Below are positions 7,931 through 16,143 of a DNA stretch of 24,000 nt, piece by piece. The DNA comes from Caulobacter phage Ccr10: the sequence record KY555142.1; one strand, 5' to 3'. Position numbers and translations under genes: made by a program. Below the pieces are notes generated by a model. It ran no database searches. It worked only from the letters and a program-made list of their open reading frames with translations, and had not been told where the DNA came from. How positions within the stretch are numbered: position 1 is the stretch's first letter; every line of letters starts with the position of its first letter.

Positions 7931-7945
7931 TAGAGGAGCACCCCG

Positions 7946-8329
7946 ATGGCCCAGCGCCTGAAGATCAAGGAAGTCGTGGTGGCGCAGCAGGACGCTGTCT
8001 ACCACTGGCGTGGCGAGGAAGGCGACGAGTATCAGGTCATGAGCCTCGTCCACGTCCAGACCCTGGACGGCCGCTGGTTCCTGATGCCGGCCATGCGCCC
8101 CTACACCCGCGCCGAGGAGGCCGCGTTCGACGAGGCCTGCGGCGAAATCCTGTTCGGGATGAAGACCCGCTACTCGGACCCGCAGGCCTTCGCCGCCATC
8201 GTTCGCGCCGCCGGCTCGATCGATCCTGATCTGTGGGTCGAGTATCAGCCCGACACCCGCACCCTGGAAGAGAAGTTCCACGACGACTGGGTCGAGGAAC
8301 AGTTCGACCGCCAACGCTTCGCCGCCTGA
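7946..8329 (+). CDS. hypothetical protein, 127 aa
   Basis: SD GAGGAG 8 nt upstream; downstream of P5. Confidence 0.85.
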   Translation: MAQRLKIKEVVVAQQDAVYHWRGEEGDEYQVMSLVHVQTLDGRWFLMPAMRPYTRAEEAAFDEACGEILFGMKTRYSDPQAFAAIVRAAGSIDPDLWVEYQPDTRTLEEKFHDDWVEEQFDRQRFAA

Positions 8330-8340
8330 GGAGGACCCCG

Positions 8341-8808
8341 ATGAGCTACCAACAAGCCATGATGGACGCCCAGGTGGAGTTCCACGCCCGCGAGATGGAC
8401 GTCAGCGACCGCGCCTGGGAGCGCTTCGTCAAGAAGCTGGAGGACGTCCTGGGCTTCGACATCGACGCCGACAACTCCGAGGAGGCCAAGGCCTTCTACT
8501 GCGACATGGGCTACTCGCTCGACGAGACCTTCGAGATGTTCGACAAGGGCATGAGCGTCGAGCAGGCCCGCGTCGCCATCCTGCGCGGCGCCTATGAGGC
8601 CGCCGCCCGCGCCGCCGGCGTGGGCCTGGACGCCCTGGTCGAGGCCAAGAAGCGCGCCGTCGCCACCCGTGACGCCCTGCCCGAAAAGCGCAAGGTGGAC
8701 CGCGAGCAGTACGCCCGCTACGCCGAACTGCTGGGCAAGATGATCGCCCGCATCCGCGAGGTCGGTGACGACTCGGGCGCGGCGCTTGAGAAGGCGTTCG
8801 GCCAATGA
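8341..8808 (+). CDS. hypothetical protein, 155 aa
   Basis: SD GAGGA; start MSYQQAMMDAQ; same frame as track ORF 8233..8808. Confidence 0.8.
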   Translation: MSYQQAMMDAQVEFHAREMDVSDRAWERFVKKLEDVLGFDIDADNSEEAKAFYCDMGYSLDETFEMFDKGMSVEQARVAILRGAYEAAARAAGVGLDALVEAKKRAVATRDALPEKRKVDREQYARYAELLGKMIARIREVGDDSGAALEKAFGQ

Positions 8809-9032
8809 GCGGCGGTCTCCACATGCGCCGGATCGATCACCCGCCGGGCCATGAGCTTCATGGCGTCACCGAGCGCGAGTTCGAGTGGTTCGGCAAGTCC
8901 TACCACGTGCGCAAAGAATCTGGCGCCGTGCGGGTCTGGGTCCGCAAGAAGCGTGGAAGCCACTACCGGTTCCTGTCGCGCGACAGCGTGATCGCCGCCT
9001 GCGTCCGCCAAGCCTCGGGGCTGTTCCAATGA
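8805..9032 (+). CDS. hypothetical protein, 75 aa, similar to 5159..5389
   Basis: ATGA overlap; paralogue pattern. Confidence 0.75.
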   Translation: MSGGLHMRRIDHPPGHELHGVTEREFEWFGKSYHVRKESGAVRVWVRKKRGSHYRFLSRDSVIAACVRQASGLFQ

Positions 9033-9421
9033 GCCGCCCGTCGATCGCGGTGGTCGCCGCCACGCCCGCCCTGACGCCCATGCACTGGGAGATCGTCGAC
9101 CTCAAGGTCTGCGACGACAGCCGGGTCAAGCTGAACGGCGATGGGACGATGTTCGCCCGCGCCGCCGACCCGACGGCGCTGGGCTGGATTCCGTTCAAGA
9201 TCGTTCTGGGCTGCTTTGAGACCTTCGCCGACGCCTACGAGGCCCGCCACAAGGCCCGGTCGCTCTGGTTCAAAGCGGCCGAAACGGTCGACGCCGCCGC
9301 CGAGGCGGTGGTCGCCGCCGAACAGGCCCTAGCGCGCGCCCGCGCCGTTCAAGCCCAAGCCGAAAGCGCCCAGCGCGCGTCCTGTCGCGAGCCGTTCCTC
9401 GGCACGCCCACCGACTACTAG
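9029..9421 (+). CDS. hypothetical protein, 130 aa
   Basis: ATGA overlap start MSRPSIAVVAA; same frame as track ORF 8885..9421. Confidence 0.75.
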   Translation: MSRPSIAVVAATPALTPMHWEIVDLKVCDDSRVKLNGDGTMFARAADPTALGWIPFKIVLGCFETFADAYEARHKARSLWFKAAETVDAAAEAVVAAEQALARARAVQAQAESAQRASCREPFLGTPTDY

Positions 9422-9429
9422 GAGGTCCC

Positions 9430-9807
9430 ATGCGCAAGCCCAAGAAGACCGAGCAGGCCTATATCGTGTCGGGGACGTGGCCGTTTCCAACCGACATGCT
9501 GCGCTATGACGACGCCCGCCCGGCGACCGAGGGCGACGCCAACCTGATCAAGGCCCTGGAGAGCGAGGACCCCTCACTTTCGGACCTGCGCAATCGCGTC
9601 CAGATCAAGCTGATCCGCCCGGCCAACGGCCTGCCCGCCGTCAAGCGCTGGGAGTCCTTCCTCTGGAAGGTCGTGGGCGGCGACGAGGAGGTCGCGGCGG
9701 ACGTGGCGTGGCGCGACGCCCTGGATAACCGCGACGCCCTGCGCAAGTCCGGCCTCGCCAAGCTGACCCCCGCCGAGCGCGCCGCGCTCAATCTCGACAT
9801 CCGCTAG
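9430..9807 (+). CDS. hypothetical protein, 125 aa
   Basis: SD AGGAGG immediately upstream. Confidence 0.85.
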   Translation: MRKPKKTEQAYIVSGTWPFPTDMLRYDDARPATEGDANLIKALESEDPSLSDLRNRVQIKLIRPANGLPAVKRWESFLWKVVGGDEEVAADVAWRDALDNRDALRKSGLAKLTPAERAALNLDIR

Positions 9808-9821
9808 GACAAGGAGGCCCC

Positions 9822-10307
9822 ATGCCCTGCAATTCCGAATACCAACAGCCCAACCAGCGCGAAGCCGAGTCCAAGAAGGTCGCCGGCCTGCTGGTCTACG
9901 TCCACAACAAGCTGGGCCGCACCGATCTGCCGCGCAGCGTCGAGTTGGCCGCCACCACCTACTATGGCGCGCCCGAACGCTGCGATGAACTGACCGAGCG
10001 CCTCTGCTCGATGCTGCGCGATCTGACGGTCGACGAGCAGAACGCGGTCCTCTACGACGGCCGCATCCCCAAGGCCCGCGAACTGGCCGACTGGTGGGAG
10101 CGCCACCAGGAGCATGACCGCCAGCGCGCCGAGGCCGAAGCCCGCGCCGCCAAGCCGACCCTGAAGCAAGCCGTCTCCTCGGTGATCGCCCAACTCGACT
10201 ATTCGGCCAACGCCAAGGTGTTCCCGACCGAGGGCGGCGAAGCCCTGCCGCCGAAGCTGGCCCAGGCGCTGAACGAGATGACCGACGCCTGGAACGACGG
10301 TCGTTGA
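9822..10307 (+). CDS. hypothetical protein, 161 aa
   Basis: SD AAGGAGG upstream. Confidence 0.85.
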   Translation: MPCNSEYQQPNQREAESKKVAGLLVYVHNKLGRTDLPRSVELAATTYYGAPERCDELTERLCSMLRDLTVDEQNAVLYDGRIPKARELADWWERHQEHDRQRAEAEARAAKPTLKQAVSSVIAQLDYSANAKVFPTEGGEALPPKLAQALNEMTDAWNDGR

Positions 10308-10324
10308 TCGTTGGCTCCGATGTG

Positions 10325-10354
10325 TTGACAAGAAGCGGCGGCCTCCTGTAGAAG
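10325..10354 (+). promoter_or_regulatory. promoter P6: TTGACA-N18-TAGAAG, then CGACGACAAC(10361-10370)
   Basis: Consensus family member, intergenic. Confidence 0.75.
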
Positions 10355-10378
10355 CTCTCTCGACGACAACAGGAGGCC
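10340..10378 (+). repeat. inverted repeat GGCCTCCT ... AGGAGGCC; 5' arm in the promoter spacer, 3' arm is the SD
   Basis: 8-bp perfect arms (10340-10347/10371-10378). Confidence 0.65.
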
Positions 10379-10383
10379 CCGCC

Positions 10384-10878
10384 TTGACCAGCCAGATCGT
10401 AGCCGGAACCCAGTTCGAAGACGCCGTCACCCTCGGCGTCGAGATCATCCAGACCAAGCCGGCGCACCTGACCGCCGGTGAAGCGGTCGAGAAGTTCCAG
10501 CACCAGCCGGATGAGTTCCGTGAACTGGTGACCCGCTTCAACAAGGCGACCGCCGCCCTGCCGGCGGTGGTCAATGGCCACCAGAGGCAATCGACCTGCG
10601 CCCAGTGGGTGCTCGACGCGAGCCAGCGGCTCATCGACCTGCCGTTCGAGACGATCGAGCAGCGCGTGGAATTCTACGCCAAGCAGATGGCGATCCCAGC
10701 CTACGGCTATCTGATGGATCGCTACAAGGACCGGCTCGACGCCAAGATCGCCATCGTCCGGGCCTGCCTGGAAGACCGCAACCACATCGGGGCCAGCTAC
10801 AACCTGAAGGGCCTGGAGGAGGACTTCCAGGAGATGGTTGACCGCCACGACGACCTCGTGTCGGACGGCTATCCGTAA
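10384..10878 (+). CDS. hypothetical protein, 164 aa (TTG start)
   Basis: SD AGGAGG 7 nt upstream. Confidence 0.85.
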   Translation: MTSQIVAGTQFEDAVTLGVEIIQTKPAHLTAGEAVEKFQHQPDEFRELVTRFNKATAALPAVVNGHQRQSTCAQWVLDASQRLIDLPFETIEQRVEFYAKQMAIPAYGYLMDRYKDRLDAKIAIVRACLEDRNHIGASYNLKGLEEDFQEMVDRHDDLVSDGYP

Positions 10879-10889
10879 GGAGACTCGAC

Positions 10890-11246
10890 ATGCCCAAGCC
10901 CATCCCCCAAGGCCGTTATGGCATCGCCGGTTTCACCGGCTGGTCGCCCCAGCACTTCAAGGTCGTCGATCTCAACACCACCGTCCATGAAGAGGACGAG
11001 GACGACGAGAACTGGTACGCCCTGGACCTGGATGGCGAGCCGTTCAGTTATGGCGTGATCAAAGCGCGCTTCGCCACCGCCGAGGACGCGCAGGCCAACC
11101 TCTTGGCGGCGCAGGCCGCCTACGCCGAGCAAGACAAGATCGTCAAGGGTCTTCAGGCTGCCTACGAGGATGTCAAGCGCAAGCTCGAACTGGCCGTCTC
11201 CAAGCGCGGGCTGGAATACCGCAAAGCCATGATGGGCGAGGCTTGA
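10890..11246 (+). CDS. hypothetical protein, 118 aa
   Basis: SD AAGGAG upstream. Confidence 0.85.
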   Translation: MPKPIPQGRYGIAGFTGWSPQHFKVVDLNTTVHEEDEDDENWYALDLDGEPFSYGVIKARFATAEDAQANLLAAQAAYAEQDKIVKGLQAAYEDVKRKLELAVSKRGLEYRKAMMGEA

Positions 11247-11321
11247 AAAACCCCCATTGCAGTCCAGCCGGGTCCAGCTTAGCTTCGGCGCGCCGCGCTG
11301 TTGCGGCCGTGAGGATTCGGT

Positions 11322-11582
11322 ATGGACAGGCTCAAAGTCAAACTCTTCGCCAAGGGGATTCAGACCTCGGCGGAAGCGCTGGTCGATGCGATCGCGACGC
11401 TCCCCGACGGTCCGGAGAAGGACGCGGTGGTCGCGGCCGAACAGCAGCTTCATGCCCGCCTCAACTGGGGCGCGGCGAAGGCCGGCGAGTTCTTCGGGGA
11501 CGAATCGATCTCGCTCCTGGCGCGCCGTCGCACCGGCGGCGAAGACAAGCCGGACGCTCCGGAAGTTCCGCCCGGCGGCTGA
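11322..11582 (+). CDS. hypothetical protein, 86 aa
   Basis: ORF with GAGGA upstream; fits the gap between neighbouring genes. Confidence 0.65.
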   Translation: MDRLKVKLFAKGIQTSAEALVDAIATLPDGPEKDAVVAAEQQLHARLNWGAAKAGEFFGDESISLLARRRTGGEDKPDAPEVPPGG

Positions 11583-11592
11583 CGGGTGCGTC

Positions 11593-12093
11593 ATGGGTCT
11601 GACGGGCTGCGCCTTCGCGGCCCTGACGACCGGCTCGGTCGCCTACGCGATCGACCGTGGCGGCAAGGCGCTGAAGCTCAGCGCCTTCCTGCTGCTGGCG
11701 TCCTGGGTGTTCTCGGTCACCCTGGGCCAGACCCTGCACGCGGGCATGAAGCCCTATGTCTATGCCTGGGTCGACGCCCTGTTCGCCGGCGCGATGGGGA
11801 TATTGATCTCCGCCCGGCTCCAGCGCTGGCGGGTCGCCCTCTTCACCCTGGCGATCGCCCAGATGGGCCTCCACCTGATCATGATCGGGGGCTGGGATTT
11901 CTCGCTGCACGCGCGGCGCCTCCACGTCCTGGCCCTCAACCTGACCTACGGCCTGGAACTCTTCGTCCTGACGATCGGGGCGGCGACCTATCGCGTCGAG
12001 GTCGAGGACGACATGCCGGCGCTGATCGAGACTGACGGCCCCGGACCCGGCTGGCTTGAATGTGTTGACAAAGCCAGAGAGCCCGTCCTATAA
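11593..12093 (+). CDS. predicted membrane protein with about 4 hydrophobic segments, 166 aa
   Basis: Segments around LTGCAFAALTTGSVAYAI, LSAFLLLASWVFSVTLG, VDALFAGAMGILISA, VALFTLAIAQMGLHLIMIG; same frame as track ORF 11257..12093. Its stop TAA lies in the P7 -10 box. Confidence 0.75.
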   Translation: MGLTGCAFAALTTGSVAYAIDRGGKALKLSAFLLLASWVFSVTLGQTLHAGMKPYVYAWVDALFAGAMGILISARLQRWRVALFTLAIAQMGLHLIMIGGWDFSLHARRLHVLALNLTYGLELFVLTIGAATYRVEVEDDMPALIETDGPGPGWLECVDKAREPVL

Positions 12094-12094
12094 G
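12065..12094 (+). promoter_or_regulatory. promoter P7: TTGACA-N18-TATAAG, then CGACGACAAC(12101-12110)
   Basis: Near-perfect sigma70 elements plus family leader and SD GAGGAGG. Confidence 0.75.
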
Positions 12095-12122
12095 CTCCCT
12101 CGACGACAACGAGGAGGCCTCC

Positions 12123-12560
12123 ATGCGCCGTACACCCAAGACCGCAACTATCTCCCGCGCCCTCGCCTATCTGGCGATCACCGGTGGGACCTCCTGCCTG
12201 ACGATCAATACGCGTCTGGCCCTCTATCCCTATCACAATCTGGTCGAGCAGAAGTACAAGATCGGCGACACCGAACTGACCCGCCACGTCTACAAGCTCA
12301 CCCCGGAGGGCGAGGCCCTGGCCCAGAAGAGCCGCCTGTGGCGCGGGCATCAGAAGCTCCTCGACATGGGCTTCCGCTTCAAGCCCTCACGCCGCCGGCG
12401 CCAGTCCTCGCGGTTCCTGTCCTACGATCACGCCGAGCACATGTGCCGCAACGACCGTCGCGGCGCTTTCATCTCCGGCGATCACGTCTACGCCCAGCCG
12501 GCGCCGGGGCAGACGCCCGAAGGCAAGAAGGACTGGGACTACATCGAGGTGAGCCTGTGA
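12123..12560 (+). CDS. hypothetical protein, 145 aa
   Basis: SD GAGGAGG; downstream of P7. Confidence 0.8.
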   Translation: MRRTPKTATISRALAYLAITGGTSCLTINTRLALYPYHNLVEQKYKIGDTELTRHVYKLTPEGEALAQKSRLWRGHQKLLDMGFRFKPSRRRRQSSRFLSYDHAEHMCRNDRRGAFISGDHVYAQPAPGQTPEGKKDWDYIEVSL

Positions 12561-12916
12561 GCGCGCGCACCGCGACCGACATCCTGATCGCCGCCGCCGA
12601 ACTCCTGGAGACGCAGGGCTGGGGCCAGGGCGCCGCCGTGGTCGACACCGCCGACATCGGCGGCGCCCTCTGCGCCAATATCGCGCTGGGTCACGCCTCG
12701 GTCCGCATCGACCCCAAGGACTACGCCGCCTACACCAGCGCCCAGGTCGCCCTCCTGAAGCATCTGGACATCGACCTGGGTCCGGCCCTGCTCCAGCAGA
12801 CGACCAAGGCCAGCCTGATCATCGAGTGGAACGATGCGCCGGGGCGCACCGCCCACGAGGTGACCGACGCCCTGCGCGGCGCGGCGGACGCTCTTCGTCT
12901 GGAGGTGCAGTCGTGA
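12557..12916 (+). CDS. DUF6197-like protein, copy 1, 119 aa (GTG start)
   Basis: GTGA overlap; pattern LLETQGWGQGA...GGALCANIALG...WNDAPGRTAHEVTDALRGAA. Confidence 0.75.
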   Translation: MSARTATDILIAAAELLETQGWGQGAAVVDTADIGGALCANIALGHASVRIDPKDYAAYTSAQVALLKHLDIDLGPALLQQTTKASLIIEWNDAPGRTAHEVTDALRGAADALRLEVQS

Positions 12917-13290
12917 TCACGCCCGTCCAGCAAATCCTCACCGACGCGGCCGTTCTGCTCGAAGAGCGCGGCTGGGGCCAGGGCAGCGACACGATCCGGA
13001 CCGCCGACCTGGGCGGCGCCATGTGCCTCAACCTCGCCCTCGGCGCGGTCCCGCAAGAGGATATGGCGATCTTTCGCGCGGCCCAGTACGCCCTCATCAA
13101 CCATCTGGGCCTGGAGGTGGTCACCGAATATGACCGCTTCGCCGGCCTGATGCGGGAGATGCCGGGCGTGACCCTGGTCAACTGGAACGACGCGCCGGGG
13201 CGAACCGCCCGCGAGGTGATCGACGCCCTGCGGGCCACGGCGCTGTCGGTGACGGTCGACGCCCTGGTGGCGGCGGAGGTCCTGGCCTGA
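12913..13290 (+). CDS. DUF6197-like protein, copy 2, 125 aa (GTG start)
   Basis: GTGA overlap; pattern LLEERGWGQGS...GGAMCLNLALG...WNDAPGRTAREVIDALRATA. Confidence 0.75.
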   Translation: MITPVQQILTDAAVLLEERGWGQGSDTIRTADLGGAMCLNLALGAVPQEDMAIFRAAQYALINHLGLEVVTEYDRFAGLMREMPGVTLVNWNDAPGRTAREVIDALRATALSVTVDALVAAEVLA

Positions 13291-13634
13291 TGCCGCGCCC
13301 CGCCCAACGCCGCCACGCCCTTTACCTGCTGGTCGTCAGTTGCGGCCCGCTGGTGATCATGAAGGGGCCGGAGGCCTTCACCCCCTGGCCGGTCCTGCGC
13401 AAGGCGATCCTCAAGACCATGCGCGAGGCGCACGGGCTGAAGGCCTCCGAGGTTTCGGCCGTCGAGGGTCTGGCCGATCCGCGCAGCGAAGACCCGCAAG
13501 ACCGCAACGCCGTCGAGAAGTTCGCCGCCGCCTTCGCCGGCTCGGACAACTTCCCGGCCTTCCATCTCTACGCCTGGACTGGCGAAGGCTTCGCCCTGGT
13601 CCGCGCCCCTCTGGAACAGGAGACCGCCGCTTGA
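13290..13634 (+). CDS. hypothetical protein, 114 aa
   Basis: TGATG overlap. Confidence 0.75.
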   Translation: MPRPAQRRHALYLLVVSCGPLVIMKGPEAFTPWPVLRKAILKTMREAHGLKASEVSAVEGLADPRSEDPQDRNAVEKFAAAFAGSDNFPAFHLYAWTGEGFALVRAPLEQETAA

Positions 13635-14164
13635 CCCCGACCGATGAGCTTTTGAACCGCGCCGCCCAGCGCCTGGAACAGCGTGGCGGGCGAGACGCCT
13701 ACAGCGCCCTGCTCGACGTCTCGCAAGGCGGCGAGAGCATCGCCGAGGCCTTGGAGGCGGTGATCCTCCACCTGGGCCTGCCCTATGATCCGACCCGTCG
13801 TCTGCGCGGGCCGGTCCTGCGCTGGTGCCTCGCCGAGGACCGCACCCAGACCGAAGTGCTGGGCGCCCTGCGCGGCGCGGCCCTGTCCATCAAAAAGGCC
13901 CGCATGAGGGACCCTTACGAGATCATCAACGGCTGGTGGTGGCTGAGCTTCGCCGACGACACCGGCTTCCTGGGCGTGGCGGTCCTGCACGCCGAGAGCT
14001 TCGACGCGGCGCTGCGCAAGAGCGGAGCCACCGGGCTCAATCCGGGCGGCTCGGTTCAGGGCGTGCCCCTCCCCGAGGAGTACGTCCCGGCCGAGCCCTA
14101 TCGCAATCGCCTGCTGAACGCGGCCGAGGCCATCTCCGCCGGCGGGATCAAGGTGAGCGCATGA
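13631..14164 (+). CDS. hypothetical protein, 177 aa (TTG start)
   Basis: TTGA overlap; same frame as track ORF 13340..14164. Confidence 0.7.
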   Translation: MTPTDELLNRAAQRLEQRGGRDAYSALLDVSQGGESIAEALEAVILHLGLPYDPTRRLRGPVLRWCLAEDRTQTEVLGALRGAALSIKKARMRDPYEIINGWWWLSFADDTGFLGVAVLHAESFDAALRKSGATGLNPGGSVQGVPLPEEYVPAEPYRNRLLNAAEAISAGGIKVSA

Positions 14165-14640
14165 CCGAGGCCCGCATCTACAACGGCGCGGCCGGCGCCA
14201 TCTTCATCCGCAACCCCAAGTACGGGGTGATCGAGACCGACTCCCTGGTGGTGATCGACCGCCCGGACGACCTCGACCATCACGGCCTGATCGGGCGGCT
14301 CCACATCCAGCCCGGCATGGACACGGTGATCGTCAAGGCCGGCGTCGTCCACGTCAACGTCTATCCGTGTCAGGTCCGGCCGCTGAAGCTGGGCGAGCGG
14401 ATCGGCGACCCCGAGGCCAACGCCCACCTCAACCAGATCGCCGAGATGGTCGGCGAGGGCGAGGACGTCGGGGCGGCCTGGGAGAGCGTCCAGGCGATCA
14501 TCACCGAGCGGGACAACCTCAAGACGGCGGCCGAGCGCGTGCGCGACTGCCTGCGGTCGGCCAACCTGACCGACTCGGTTCAGGACGTCCGCTACGAGAT
14601 CGAGACGGCCGCCAATTTCATCGCCGAGGCCCTGTCATGA
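14161..14640 (+). CDS. hypothetical protein, 159 aa
   Basis: ATGA overlap; start MTEARIYNGAAG. Confidence 0.75.
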   Translation: MTEARIYNGAAGAIFIRNPKYGVIETDSLVVIDRPDDLDHHGLIGRLHIQPGMDTVIVKAGVVHVNVYPCQVRPLKLGERIGDPEANAHLNQIAEMVGEGEDVGAAWESVQAIITERDNLKTAAERVRDCLRSANLTDSVQDVRYEIETAANFIAEALS

Positions 14641-15245
14641 AGGTCCCGCTGAAGCAATGCCCGCCCGGCCCGTTCCTCTATGAGGGCGTCCTGGGCTTCA
14701 AGACCGAGTACGGGGCGATGTCCACGCGCGAGCTTCCGAGCCCGCCGCTGTCGGGGCGCCTCCAGCGCGAGTGGTACGTCACCGACCACGCCGACGCCTA
14801 TTGCATGTCGTCCGGCGAGGCCTTCTGGGCGGGCGCCAAGACGCGCGAGGAGCGGGACGAACTCCTGGTCCAGCCGCTCTACGAGGGCTGGCTGAAGCTC
14901 AACCGACCGAGCGATCGCGAACGCCCCTCGGCGGCCGTCCTGCGCGAGGCGATCGACACGGCCCTGGTCCAGATCAGTGGTGGTCTCTGCTACTTCACGG
15001 CCGACGCCAAGCACGCCCAGCTTCGCGACGCCGAGAAGACCCTGGAGCGGGCGCTGAATGGCGACGAGACCCCGTTCGAAAAGCGGGTCTATGGCGAAGA
15101 GCCGGCGGCCGACTGGAGCCTGGAGCTTCACGTCTTTCACGCCGCCAACAACCCCGACCTGCCGCAGGCCACGCGGGGTCTTCTCAAGACCCTGTGGAAG
15201 GCCTACTGCGAGATGGAACAACGCTGCGAAGGAGCCTCGACTTGA
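14637..15245 (+). CDS. hypothetical protein, 202 aa
   Basis: ATGA overlap; start MKVPLKQCPPGPFLYEG. Confidence 0.8.
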   Translation: MKVPLKQCPPGPFLYEGVLGFKTEYGAMSTRELPSPPLSGRLQREWYVTDHADAYCMSSGEAFWAGAKTREERDELLVQPLYEGWLKLNRPSDRERPSAAVLREAIDTALVQISGGLCYFTADAKHAQLRDAEKTLERALNGDETPFEKRVYGEEPAADWSLELHVFHAANNPDLPQATRGLLKTLWKAYCEMEQRCEGAST

Positions 15246-15790
15246 ACATTCTGCAAGACCTCCTCGCCCACCCCGAGAACATGACGGACGCCTACGCGTC
15301 CTGCATCTCGATGCGGATCGGCGACACCCTGGCCAGCCCTCGGCGCCAGGACCTCTTCGATCTGGCGACCACCCTGACCTCGATCTCGCACGCCCTGCTG
15401 GCCCAGGCCCCGCAGGAGGTGCGCAACGTCCTGATCCACGACAAGGGCGACATGGGCGATCCGGTCATGGTCGCCTTCCGTCTCGGGCAGTTGTCCATGG
15501 CCGGCGAGATCATGGGCTACGAGGCCAGCCGCCGGGCCGATGACGACATCATCGAGGTGGTTCGCGCCCATCGCGGGTTCCTCGCCGACATCGCCGCCGG
15601 CCGCAACACCCAGCGCGAACTCGCCGCCCAGTTCGGGATGTCGGGTCGGGAGGTCCGCGTCACCCTGCGGCTCCTCGGGAGCAAGGGCCTCGTCAACACC
15701 GTGCTCGGCAAGAAGGTCGGCGAGTTCGAGGCCCGGCTGACGCCACTGGCCGAATCGGTGCTCGACCAGATCAGGAGGGCCGCCGCATGA
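15242..15790 (+). CDS. 182-aa protein with MarR/winged-HTH-like C-terminal region
   Basis: TTGA overlap; QRELAAQFGMSGREVRVTLRLLGSKGLVNTVLGKKVGEFEARLTPLAESVLDQI resembles a helix-turn-helix plus wing. Confidence 0.7.
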   Translation: MNILQDLLAHPENMTDAYASCISMRIGDTLASPRRQDLFDLATTLTSISHALLAQAPQEVRNVLIHDKGDMGDPVMVAFRLGQLSMAGEIMGYEASRRADDDIIEVVRAHRGFLADIAAGRNTQRELAAQFGMSGREVRVTLRLLGSKGLVNTVLGKKVGEFEARLTPLAESVLDQIRRAAA

Positions 15791-16143
15791 GCGAGGGCGC
15801 CAAGCGCAAGCGGGCCGCCCGGCGCGCGCCGCAAAAGACGCTGATCGAAAAGCTCGACACGATTCTCGACGAGAGCCTCGCCGGGATCGAGCATCCCTCG
15901 CAGGTGGCGATCAATGTCTGCGTGCCCCGCGCGGACCTTCAGGAGGCCGTCAGGGGCCTGAAGCTGCGGGAGGTGTCCACCGGCCTGCCCGAGGACTTCC
16001 TGGTCGCCTGGGACGATCTGCGGCGGGCGATCACCGCCGTCGAGACCGCCAGCCTCTACTCGATCGGCGAGGCCGTCCGCTGGCTGGAGGAAGAGCGCAT
16101 GAAGTTCGACGCCAAGGTTCGCGACACGGCAAGGTACGCATGA
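15787..16143 (+). CDS. hypothetical protein, 118 aa
   Basis: ATGA overlap. Confidence 0.8.
   Translation: MSEGAKRKRAARRAPQKTLIEKLDTILDESLAGIEHPSQVAINVCVPRADLQEAVRGLKLREVSTGLPEDFLVAWDDLRRAITAVETASLYSIGEAVRWLEEERMKFDAKVRDTARYA

Noticed and set aside
9574-10848. 424-aa minus-strand ORF
   Set aside because: Runs antisense over three + strand genes with good SDs and across a consensus promoter; Arg/Pro/Ser-rich nonsense composition in the middle.
11247-11321. Possible extra promoter TTGCAG-N17-TAGCTT before 11322..11582
   Set aside because: Both boxes are poor matches, there is no CGACGACAAC motif, and it cannot be distinguished from chance.
13825-14640. Upstream-extended ORF starts in the track (also 14367, 14771, 15540, 16546, 17488, 8233, 8885, 5941)
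   Set aside because: The extensions overlap neighbouring genes out of frame. ATGA/GTGA/TTGA coupled starts further downstream fit the gene chain better.
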